Positions 56,450 through 64,000 of a stretch of 64,000 bases of DNA are shown piece after piece (positions within the stretch are counted from its first letter, which is position 1; each line of letters opens with the position of its first letter). A program made the translations under genes and the position numbers. The stretch comes from Leptolyngbyaceae cyanobacterium (lineage in GTDB: Bacteria > Cyanobacteriota > Cyanobacteriia > Phormidesmidales > Phormidesmidaceae): NCBI GenBank assembly GCA_965263355.1, contig CBDHHL010000014.1:1-64000 (forward strand), written 5' to 3'. The notes beneath the pieces were generated by a model. That model was not told the origin of the DNA. It was given only the letters and a program-made list of their open reading frames with translations, and searched no databases.

Positions 56450-56871
56450 TATTCAACTTTTCCTGCTAATAACGTCATATCGCGTTCAGACATAATCGCC
56501 CTGACCCAATCCGGCACTCGGCTTTTCCTCAGCAACTTCACATAGATTTTTGCGCCCTCAGGGGGGATAGTCTTAGCAAGCTCATTCCTGCGTTGGGTTA
56601 ATCCCCAACGATTAAAATCAGTCGCGCTGGCGTCTTCAGCGTTCTTAAAATTCGCCCGTGCGATTAATGCCGCAACCTCACTAGTCGCGGTGGCTTCCTC
56701 AGCTAGCTCGGCTATGCGGTCATCGCGCCAGACTCTGGCGGCATCCAAGGCGAGTTTTGACGGACAGTTTCTAAACTGGGTAGGCCTGAAATATTCGCAG
56801 CCTGGATACCATCGCTGTAGTTGCCAGCAGAGTTTTCCCCAATCGATTGGCTCTGAGTTTCGTCGTTTCCC
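56449..56871 (-). CDS. tail assembly chaperone, -1 frameshift extension (gpGT-like)
   Basis: -1 frame is open from slippery GGGAAAC (56871-56865) through IDWGKLCWQLQRWYP to the stop at 56449. Confidence 0.75.
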   Translation of the reverse strand, partial: GKRRNSEPIDWGKLCWQLQRWYPGCEYFRPTQFRNCPSKLALDAARVWRDDRIAELAEEATATSEVAALIARANFKNAEDASATDFNRWGLTQRRNELAKTIPPEGAKIYVKLLRKSRVPDWVRAIMSERDMTLLAGKVE

Positions 56872-57224
56872 AACTCAGTTTCAGGATCGTAAATATACTC
56901 AGTTGGATTTATTCGCTTCCCTGGTAAGCCATAGATAAATAAGCTAAACAAAGCTTCAGCCAATGGCCTGGGAGTATTTGCAATAATCTTTTCAGTAGGG
57001 ACATCATCGCCAAGTACGCCACGATGTTTAAGGCAAAACGCAACTAACAGGTCCATCAATCGCTTATCGCTAATCTCTTCGTTATCCCTAAGACTCTGGA
57101 AATATTCTTCCTCTGCCACTAATAAGGACGGATAAACCGGAACAGTAACCGGGGGCATCCCAGGCACCCGAACCACGCGATCGACTGATTTAATTTCCCA
57201 TAAGGTCTGAGTCACAACGAACAA
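56712..57224 (-). CDS. tail assembly chaperone (gpG-like)
   Basis: Between tail tube and tape measure; contains an in-frame G GGA AAC slippery heptamer. Confidence 0.75.
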   Translation of the reverse strand: MFVVTQTLWEIKSVDRVVRVPGMPPVTVPVYPSLLVAEEEYFQSLRDNEEISDKRLMDLLVAFCLKHRGVLGDDVPTEKIIANTPRPLAEALFSLFIYGLPGKRINPTEYIYDPETELGNDETQSQSIGENSAGNYSDGIQAANISGLPSLETVRQNSPWMPPESGAMTA

Positions 57225-57447
57225 CCTCCAAGTCTAAGTATGTATAAATTGCTTCTAGGTCACTCGGCATTACAACAACAATTTCAGTATTGTTCTGCCG
57301 ATACGGTTCGACCAGTAACGCCTCTTGCCCTGCGAAACCAGCACACATTTTAGGTTTAGTAAAGCTAAGTAATGCCCTTAGCCTTGACCCTTCAACTGTG
57401 CAGCCAAGCATGAAAATATGCTGGTTTTGCAAGGCTTGAATCTTCAC
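57190..57447 (-). CDS. small tail-operon protein
   Basis: Coupled ORF between tail tube and chaperone. Confidence 0.55.
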   Translation of the reverse strand: MKIQALQNQHIFMLGCTVEGSRLRALLSFTKPKMCAGFAGQEALLVEPYRQNNTEIVVVMPSDLEAIYTYLDLEVVRCDSDLMGN

Positions 57448-58157
57448 TAAGCAGCAGCCTCAAGTTCAGTCACAGCGCCGGAGAACGTGCCATTAAGAGA
57501 CAGTGCCAACTTGTTGCCGTTCTGACCGTCCTTAGAACCATCCGACATTCGAGCAACACCAAACGATAACGGTGGAGTGCTAAACGTGACGGCATCAGGG
57601 TTCGGGTCTTGAACTTCGAGATAAACGTCATTCTCAGCATTCACGGCATAGCGTAAAATCCGTTGCCCGCTGGAATACTCAGATAAGTTAGCCGCGATCG
57701 TGAAAGTTCTAGTCGTATCCTGACGGGAAGATTCACCAGAACCAATGTGCTGATATGTCGAAACATTGTTCAGCGTGGTCTGGACCCCCAGGTTGTGAGA
57801 CGTAATCAAATCAACCTCACCGGGCCAATTGGCAACCGCGCTGTTAGGAATATTTTCATTAGCAGTCAGTTCAATATTGCTCCCATCGTTACTATCAGCC
57901 GTGACAATGGCCATATAAGATCCAGCTGCATCGACGAACCGCAATACTGTTCCCGCGATAATCGGCACTGTAGGAGCAGCGCTCGCAGTCATCGTTGATG
58001 CGGTTCCCGTAGTTGTAGCCGTAAAAGCAGCGCCCAGTGTTAAAGTGATCGGCGCAATCCGACCGGGCACGCTTGTATTATTTGTTACTAAAGCTGCAAA
58101 GATTTTTGTCTCCCGTGAGTCGGGCATTAACAGCGGATTATTACCAGCACCTGGCAT
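57447..58157 (-). CDS. major tail (tube) protein
   Basis: Position upstream of chaperone and tape measure; Thr/Ala-rich; beta-hairpin C-terminus LSLNGTFSG. Confidence 0.7.
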   Translation of the reverse strand: MPGAGNNPLLMPDSRETKIFAALVTNNTSVPGRIAPITLTLGAAFTATTTGTASTMTASAAPTVPIIAGTVLRFVDAAGSYMAIVTADSNDGSNIELTANENIPNSAVANWPGEVDLITSHNLGVQTTLNNVSTYQHIGSGESSRQDTTRTFTIAANLSEYSSGQRILRYAVNAENDVYLEVQDPNPDAVTFSTPPLSFGVARMSDGSKDGQNGNKLALSLNGTFSGAVTELEAAA

Positions 58158-58162
58158 AGTGA

Positions 58163-58606
58163 TTAACTCCTGATTTGATGAACAATTCGAAAACTCTCAG
58201 ATTCAATCGTGTCGAGTCTTGAATCCCTTGGCGTTTTAACCGACACTCCAGCTTGAAACAGATAGCCCATGCCACTAATCAACGCAGCAGCAGCAGCCGC
58301 TACCGTGCCCGCTTCGTCCCACTGTTTGAGCGTGATAGTCGTCGTATATTCCAAGCCAAGCTGTTGAGAATAAAACTGTGTAAGCGTCGCTTGCTGCTGA
58401 GGCGTAATAACAACCTCCAAGCCTTCTAAACTCTTAGGCTGTCTCTGCCATTGAATGCCGCCAACGTCTTGAGTTTTGCCATAGTCCAACACCAACGACG
58501 GCAATGTCTGAGTACCCGTAGCTGTAACATACGTACGAGTTCCCAGATAGGGAGTCATTAGGGTCTGAACTTGGTCTCTAATCTGGGCAATGCTAATTAC
58601 AGGCAT
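58163..58606 (-). CDS. tail terminator-like protein
   Basis: Size and position directly upstream of the tail tube. Confidence 0.6.
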   Translation of the reverse strand: MPVISIAQIRDQVQTLMTPYLGTRTYVTATGTQTLPSLVLDYGKTQDVGGIQWQRQPKSLEGLEVVITPQQQATLTQFYSQQLGLEYTTTITLKQWDEAGTVAAAAAALISGMGYLFQAGVSVKTPRDSRLDTIESESFRIVHQIRS

Positions 58607-58998
58607 CAGAACACCTCCCGTAATTGCTGAGCCAGGACAGCAGCCAAGTCATATTGTTCTACTGTCTGTAATACTGGATTACGAGCGGGATACGTTGAGC
58701 CGCTACGAGTCGTGAACCCGTTAAATACAAATACTGAATGTTGAGCAGTCCATTCAAATAAAATAGTCAATTGGGAAGGGAAACTATATTGCTGCGAGTC
58801 CCTAAATTCCCCCAAGTCCACAATATTTCTAGGGCTAAAAACTTCCTCACCAGACTTCCGTTTAGTGAACCCTGGCCATGGATACAACGGTTGCTCAATT
58901 GATTCAGTTAGCAACCTATCCATATCTACAGCAAAACCTCGTAGCCCCCTATCAAGGCCACGATTAAACGCTGTTCTGTCAAAATTTAGGACTGCCAT
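58606..58998 (-). CDS. neck/tail-completion protein (HK97 gp10-like)
   Basis: PRNIVDLGEFRDS...VFNG...YPARNP motif. Confidence 0.7.
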   Translation of the reverse strand: MAVLNFDRTAFNRGLDRGLRGFAVDMDRLLTESIEQPLYPWPGFTKRKSGEEVFSPRNIVDLGEFRDSQQYSFPSQLTILFEWTAQHSVFVFNGFTTRSGSTYPARNPVLQTVEQYDLAAVLAQQLREVF

Positions 58999-59062
58999 AA
59001 CTGCAGCCTACAGTCATTTTTGGCAATATGTTAAAATTTCCAAGATACTTGGAAAACGTTGC

Positions 59063-59395
59063 ATGCCTGGAGAAATAAGAGCTGGCGGTTTATCTGAAGA
59101 AACTTTGAAGCGGTTTTCAGAGTTAAAAGATTACTTTGGGGTCAATACTCAGACCGGGACCATGGATCTTATGGTCAATATCTTGCATCTTCATTTATTA
59201 GGCAGCAGTCGTGTAGCGTTGTTTAGAAAAGCTGCCAAGTTAGTCAGTGCCAATGAGCGATTAAACCGGGAATTGCAGCCTAGTGAAGTGCAACGGGTTT
59301 CTATTCAAAAAGGCTTAGTGCTTGTTTGGGCTAGGCATCAAGGCGAGCCGTATAAAATCTCTGAAGAAGTTTGGGAGCAGGGAATAAATGAATGA
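59063..59395 (+). CDS. small putative DNA-binding protein; stop supplied by the IS right end
   Basis: ATG at 59063; IRAGGLSEETLKRFSELKDYFG is RHH-like. Confidence 0.55.
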   Translation: MPGEIRAGGLSEETLKRFSELKDYFGVNTQTGTMDLMVNILHLHLLGSSRVALFRKAAKLVSANERLNRELQPSEVQRVSIQKGLVLVWARHQGEPYKISEEVWEQGINE

Positions 59396-59396
59396 A

Positions 59397-60743
59397 CTAC
59401 CCCACCGTGTAGACGGATGGGGTTTCAACACTCCCCATCTTGCGGTGAGATTTCTGTCTCTTCGCCTGTCCCAGTTGCTTCATTCCTCCCGTATGTTTAC
59501 GGTTTTCAGAAGTAGAGCTGAGACATCCAAGACTAACGAGGCTGAAATTTCCTAACCCCGGTTGATTGTTGGTCGCAACGTTGTACATCACCACAACTGA
59601 GCCACGGTCACGGGGGATCTCAAAGCCGCATCCATCGCAGATGTGATAGCGGTTACTGAGTTCTGCCCAGTGTTTATGCACCTTGCCGCAGTTGGGGCAG
59701 CGTTGCGAAGGTTTGACCTTTTTGGTCGGCAAAAACAGGACTAAGCCCCCTTTTTGCTCAATCTTGTACGTCACCATTTTGTTGATGGTGCCAAAGCCAA
59801 CAGATAGGATCTCGCGGTTGAGTCCAGCTTTCTGGCGTTTCCGCTTACTCCCCTTTTTGGCCTTTCGGGTCATCCCTTTAGTGTTGAGCTTTTCGGTAAC
59901 GCCGATGTCATAACGACTTGCAATGTCTGACGTTACCTTGTGCTGCCAGTCCTTACGCTGACGGGCAGCCTTAGCCTTCAACTTAGCCTCACGTCGATTC
60001 GCCTTCTTCCATCGACGTGAGGCTTTTTGACCCTTTACAGGGTTACGCTTTCGGCGTTTAGTCTTAGCGACTTTCCGAACTTTTTTATTTGTCTCTCTAC
60101 TAAACCTGGGATTCTCCAGCTCGGCAAACTCCGAACCGTCAAACAGGGTCAGGGCTGTTTCTGTTCCCAGATCATAGGCAACCATCGACTCATACGCCAA
60201 GTCAGACTCAGATCCAAATTGAACGACCGGATCTGCAACGTTGACCGTAATCGAGGCATACCAGGCTTTTTGACCAGGCTTGTAAATAATGGTGCATGTT
60301 GTCGGCACACCCCATTGCTTAGCCTTGCCGCGCATCTTGATCTTGATGCCCAACAGCTCTAAATACCCGTGTGTACCTTCAGTGTGGGCAATCCAGCCAG
60401 ACTTAGCCGGATAGGTCCACCCTGAGTACTTACGAATCGACTTGAACTTAGGCAAACCGCCTAAGCCTTTGAAAAACCGCTGATAAGCAAAATCAACACG
60501 CTTAAGTGTTGCCTGGATAGCTTGAGAGCCTAACGCCTTGAACTCTGGCCATTCAACCTTGAAGTCTGGCAAACAGTTCTGTTGAGCAAAGTAGTCAACA
60601 GAGATCCCCCATTGCTTCCACATTGTTTTTCGCTCAGACACGGCAGCATTGTACAGATAGCAATGCAATCGACGTGCATCAAACAAAGCCCGCTCTTGAG
60701 CCTTGTTTGGATACAGTCGAAATGTCTGCCGCCTTACTGCCAT
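59397..60743 (-). CDS. tnpB: RNA-guided endonuclease TnpB
   Basis: FRLYP, AYDLG, VTEKL, CPNC/CDGC, PRDRGS. Confidence 0.95.
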   Translation of the reverse strand: MAVRRQTFRLYPNKAQERALFDARRLHCYLYNAAVSERKTMWKQWGISVDYFAQQNCLPDFKVEWPEFKALGSQAIQATLKRVDFAYQRFFKGLGGLPKFKSIRKYSGWTYPAKSGWIAHTEGTHGYLELLGIKIKMRGKAKQWGVPTTCTIIYKPGQKAWYASITVNVADPVVQFGSESDLAYESMVAYDLGTETALTLFDGSEFAELENPRFSRETNKKVRKVAKTKRRKRNPVKGQKASRRWKKANRREAKLKAKAARQRKDWQHKVTSDIASRYDIGVTEKLNTKGMTRKAKKGSKRKRQKAGLNREILSVGFGTINKMVTYKIEQKGGLVLFLPTKKVKPSQRCPNCGKVHKHWAELSNRYHICDGCGFEIPRDRGSVVVMYNVATNNQPGLGNFSLVSLGCLSSTSENRKHTGGMKQLGQAKRQKSHRKMGSVETPSVYTVG

Positions 60744-60841
60744 AAATAAATAGAGCGCAAAAAACAAAATCAGTTGATAGTTGCTGATACAGCTAAGTTA
60801 ACATAGAATCAGGGGAATGAGTAGAAATCAGTAAAAGTGCT

Positions 60842-61261
60842 ATGAAATCTGGCTCACATGTCGTTTATGACATTCACCTGCATATTGTGTTTATCACTAA
60901 ATATCGTCGCCAAGTGCTTACACAGCCCATGCTTGAGAGGATGTCTGAGGTTGTTAAGCGTGTCTTGGAGTCTAACCGGTGTGAGCTATCAGAGCTGAAC
61001 GGGGAACCGGATCATGTCCATCTGCTGGTGGACATGCACCCGGATAACAACATTTCTAATCTGGTCTCATCCCTGAAATCGGCTACCAGCCGCATTCTTA
61101 GAAAGGATTTCAAGGATGAAATAGACAAAGTTTATTGGGGCAAGGCCAAGCTGTGGCACGATGCAAAATGCATTGTCAGCTGTGGCGGTGCCCCCCTAGA
61201 AAAAGTCAAACAGTACATTCAGGAACAAAGCGGCGGGAGAGTGCCTAGCTCTACTTCGTGA
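60842..61261 (+). CDS. tnpA: IS200/IS605 Y1 (HUH) transposase
   Basis: HIVFITKYRR, DHVH, YIQEQ. Confidence 0.95.
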   Translation: MKSGSHVVYDIHLHIVFITKYRRQVLTQPMLERMSEVVKRVLESNRCELSELNGEPDHVHLLVDMHPDNNISNLVSSLKSATSRILRKDFKDEIDKVYWGKAKLWHDAKCIVSCGGAPLEKVKQYIQEQSGGRVPSSTS

Positions 61262-61374
61262 CGCTAGACGCGCTATCCATCCCCACCGTGTAGACGGATA
61301 GGGAATTCCGCTTATTTGTTAATGAGGTTAGACTTCCTTTCTTAACAGGGTGGGGGCTTTATTCGACATACCAA

Positions 61375-61626
61375 ATGCGCCGATATATAACCGCACTATT
61401 CCATGGAGGCGCTGATCACTGTGAGCTGGACACCGATCCAAGCATTTTACTACCGAGCTATGAAATTCGACTGGCTTTTGACTATGGTCCTTCTGGAGTG
61501 ATGAAGGATCTTGGGCGATGCGAGGGAGATCATTTAGTGATGACCTTTGACTATGTAATCTTTTCTAGCCAATTTGCTAGCGCCCCACTACATGAACTAG
61601 GTCAAAAAATTTGTATGCTCAGCTAG
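61375..61626 (+). CDS. small hypothetical protein
   Basis: ATG ORF convergent on the head-closure gene. Confidence 0.4.
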   Translation: MRRYITALFHGGADHCELDTDPSILLPSYEIRLAFDYGPSGVMKDLGRCEGDHLVMTFDYVIFSSQFASAPLHELGQKICMLS

Positions 61627-62023
61627 CTGTCCATCTTGCAATAAACCGTTCGCCAATGCCAGGGGCCGCATCAGCGATCGCGAGCGGTTGAATGAGCACT
61701 TCAACTTTGCCGCTAATGCCGTTTAATTCCATCGTCCCAGTCGGTGGTTCAGGCCATCCCCTAAGATTATTAGGAAATAAATACTCAGTCGGTGCTGCTT
61801 CAGTGCCGCACCAACCAAGTAGCATCACACTATTATTATTGGGTCCTTCGAACGCGCTAGTGTTGAACTGGCTTGCTCTATTTTGAGTCGCTACTTTTAC
61901 CCGACATGGCACCGTGACAGCGGTTAGGCCATCAGCGGAGCCACCCTCAAAATCATCAGTTATACCAGTGGGTAGTTGGAAAATAATAGAAGTTGGGTAT
62001 AGGCCGAAGTTAGTGATTGCCAT
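61619..62023 (-). CDS. head-closure/head-tail connector-like protein
   Basis: Size, beta-rich composition and position upstream of the neck gene. Confidence 0.55.
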   Translation of the reverse strand: MAITNFGLYPTSIIFQLPTGITDDFEGGSADGLTAVTVPCRVKVATQNRASQFNTSAFEGPNNNSVMLLGWCGTEAAPTEYLFPNNLRGWPEPPTGTMELNGISGKVEVLIQPLAIADAAPGIGERFIARWTAS

Positions 62024-62529
62024 TATCGATTTTTAGCCAAAATATCAACCCCCCCAAACATGCCAGACTTAGCCACAGTTTGACCAGCTTGTGTTTTGAA
62101 AACTAACACCGATGTGCAATCGCAAGTTTTATCAGAAACATTTTTAAGATTCAGAATCATTTCTGACAACTGCAAGTCACTTTGGGCAAACAATGCAGCA
62201 GTGCCGGTAATCGAAACCACTGGGCGCACTGTATCTACTCGAATATCTTTGATGGCAAGACCGTTAGGATCAACAACTCCAACTATATCCTTAAATGACT
62301 TGATTTCAGCTGGGTCAAACCCTTTCTTGTCTTGATTAGCAGCTTCAACTACAGCATCTATCTCTGCTTGATATTTTTCAGGATTCGCCTGACGCTCTAA
62401 CCAAGCCTGATGGATTTTTTCTCGTCTAGCGTCTGCCTGGACTTTTTGTGTGACTACGGTGCCCACAGTCAAGCCAATGGCACCGACTGTGCAAGCGATC
62501 GCAATTAAAGCATTCTTGTTCATTGCCAT
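62023..62529 (-). CDS. exported/membrane-anchored moron protein
   Basis: AAGGAG RBS; N-terminal hydrophobic segment. Confidence 0.6.
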   Translation of the reverse strand: MAMNKNALIAIACTVGAIGLTVGTVVTQKVQADARREKIHQAWLERQANPEKYQAEIDAVVEAANQDKKGFDPAEIKSFKDIVGVVDPNGLAIKDIRVDTVRPVVSITGTAALFAQSDLQLSEMILNLKNVSDKTCDCTSVLVFKTQAGQTVAKSGMFGGVDILAKNR

Positions 62530-62554
62530 TATCTCCTTAAAAAAATAATCAAAA

Positions 62555-62995
62555 CTACCGTACTCCACCTTCTACCTCACTAGTGCTAGTGCCAGGAGTC
62601 ACATTAAACGTAATCTCCGTTCTACGGTTTCCACGCTCATATGTTACTGCGGGCAATGATGCTTCCCGCCCATCTTCATACTGTAAATACGGAACTACGC
62701 GATCACCTGGTTCAGCAGCCCTTGAAAAACTAACCGTCCCAGTAGCTGTCCAATTGGTTCTGTTAATGCGACGGACTTGGAAGGTGGCTTTAGGCGATTC
62801 TGTGGCAACTTCCACTGCGGGTAGTTCAGGTGATCGTCTGGCCGCGATCGTTACTGGCTGCTCAGATGCTGGACACATATGGGACAGGTCAGTAATGTCT
62901 CCGTCTTCAGTCATGCTGTAGCAGACGGGTAACGCGTTGGCCGTAGTGGCCATGGACAGGGTGAAAGCGATCGCTGCTGTGATTAGTTTTTTCAT
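62555..62995 (-). CDS. exported protein
   Basis: Signal peptide MKKLITAAIAFTLSMATTANA; CY....G...DLSHMC motif seen in cyanobacterial exported proteins. Confidence 0.65.
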   Translation of the reverse strand: MKKLITAAIAFTLSMATTANALPVCYSMTEDGDITDLSHMCPASEQPVTIAARRSPELPAVEVATESPKATFQVRRINRTNWTATGTVSFSRAAEPGDRVVPYLQYEDGREASLPAVTYERGNRRTEITFNVTPGTSTSEVEGGVR

Positions 62996-63045
62996 TTTTC
63001 TTTTCAGTGTAATGTAATTATTTTTACAGTTGAAATTGTTTGAAA

Positions 63046-63300
63046 TCAGGGGAGCCCGAACGTTTTCTCTGTTTTGATTAATTCGCCTGAATGATCAAAG
63101 GTTCTTTTGATGGTGTAATGACCATGATTCGTTTCGACGACTTGCAAACCACCTTTGATGTATTCAAAAGTATTTGAATCTTCATACCAATCCATTGCTA
63201 ACAGCCTCGCGGTTGTTTCCTCGACAACCTGCAATCCGTATTCACTCAGAACGACTTTAGCCCGCCAAAGTTGATCCGGCTCAGTCAGAAACCATAAGCC
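63046..63300 (-). pseudogene. 3' remnant of a gene interrupted by an IS607-like element
   Basis: First codons of the listed ORF (MYRFYEA) are IS-end sequence. Confidence 0.45.
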
Positions 63301-64000
63301 TGCTTCATAAAACCTATACAAACCTAGACATCTAGGATTAGTTGTTTACTAAACGCTTCAACTACAGGCGTCGGCGCTACTGTATCCACGTTTCTTAAAG
63401 AACTCAAGCCGAGTCCTATTTTCAGAATATTTAGAGCTGCATTAAAATCTCTGTCCAGCTTTGAACCGCAATTTTTACAGTCAAATATTCTATCCTTTAG
63501 AGTTAAATCTTCTTTTTTCCATCCGCATTGAGAACATGTTTTTGAACTTGGTTCCCAGCGCGAAATAAAGACCAATTCAGACTCATAAAGCTTGCATTTG
63601 TATTCAAGTTGGCGTCTGAATTCATGCCACCCCATCAAACTAATGGCACCTGCTAATTTATGATTTGCCATCATGCCTTTAATATTCAAATCTTCTAGGC
63701 ATATGACAGAAAAGTTTTTAGCTAAATAGGTTGTTGATTTATGCAAAAAATCAAGCCTTATGCACTTTGCTTTATAGTGCAATTTTTGAATTTTTTGCAT
63801 AGCTTTTTGCCATCGGGTGGAACCTTTTGTTTTGTTCCTGGCTACGTATTGAAGCTTAGCTATTTTTGCCTTGATCCTTTTGTATTCAGTTATTGGAGCT
63901 TCTAAGATTTCACCATTAGACAATGTTCCAAAAGTTTTTAGCCCTAAGTCGATCCCTACAGCAAGCTTGGTTTTTGCTTGTTGAATAGGTTCAACTTCTA
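63299..64000 (-). mobile_element. IS607-like element, right part (runs off the window)
   Basis: End lacks the IS605 hairpin/TCAN; shows short direct repeats CTAGATGT/CTAGGTTT/ATAGGTTT ending AGCAGG. Confidence 0.6.
63324..64000 (-). CDS. tnpB: RNA-guided endonuclease TnpB, 5'-truncated by window edge
   Basis: Frame open to the edge incl. VGIDLG; CLEDL, CSQC/CKNC, DRDFNAA. Confidence 0.93.
   Translation of the reverse strand, partial: EVEPIQQAKTKLAVGIDLGLKTFGTLSNGEILEAPITEYKRIKAKIAKLQYVARNKTKGSTRWQKAMQKIQKLHYKAKCIRLDFLHKSTTYLAKNFSVICLEDLNIKGMMANHKLAGAISLMGWHEFRRQLEYKCKLYESELVFISRWEPSSKTCSQCGWKKEDLTLKDRIFDCKNCGSKLDRDFNAALNILKIGLGLSSLRNVDTVAPTPVVEAFSKQLILDV

Larger units (their letters stand above)
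59392..61318 (-). mobile_element. IS605-group element (divergent tnpA/tnpB), TAM TTAA
   Basis: Near-identical subterminal hairpin CCCCACCGTGTAGACGGATRGGG at 59400 and 61281; right end ...GTAGTTCAT; left end TTAA|CAAATAAG. Confidence 0.9.

Noticed and set aside
56832..56840. GGGGAAAAC as the chaperone slippery site
   Set aside because: Not in X XXY YYZ register with the zero frame; the upstream G GGA AAC fits
58865..59062. Long N-terminus of ORF 58865-59395
   Set aside because: Overlaps the neck gene on the opposite strand; ATG at 59063 preferred
2504..64000. Nuclease-dead TnpB (TldR-like) or Cas12f assignment
   Set aside because: All six keep RuvC acidic residues (one apparently rearranged), sit at IS ends, and have no CRISPR array
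1..64000. tRNA, rRNA, integrase, terminase or capsid genes
   Set aside because: None recognisable by eye; the phage genes presumably lie outside the window, and a tRNA scan was not possible

Overview
This window is part of a large siphovirus-like temperate phage or phage-plasmid of a cyanobacterium. The host call rests on about 20 or more HIP1 octamers (GCGATCGC) counted by eye. No integrase, terminase or capsid gene lies in the window. Left to right it holds: small accessory genes; a lysis region (peptidase M15, GH24 lysozyme, small membrane proteins, class-3 lipase); two DNA methyltransferases; a replication module (DUF3854/P4-type primase-helicase, putative origin, Dda/RecD-like helicase, KilA-N protein, a truncated Pol-gamma-like protein, a 5'-3' flap exonuclease); many small early-type genes; a membrane/P-loop ATPase operon with a repeat-rich cis site; surface-related morons; and the tail/neck operon on the minus strand. 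Six tnpB-bearing IS200/IS605/IS607-type elements, all with tnpB on the minus strand, and one orphan HEARO/IscB-type omega-RNA interrupt the element. The strongest leads are: a Pol-gamma homolog that keeps its exonuclease motifs but has lost its polymerase motifs; a TraB/clt-like DNA-transfer module; an orphan omega-RNA with an IS607-like end and an iscB relic; an HNH-TnpB cassette whose guide half-matches its own upstream junction; IS605 insertions that swap TAA for TGA stop codons; and a KilA-N protein carrying a copy of the primase C-terminal domain. All family calls come from motif recognition by eye; no searches were run.
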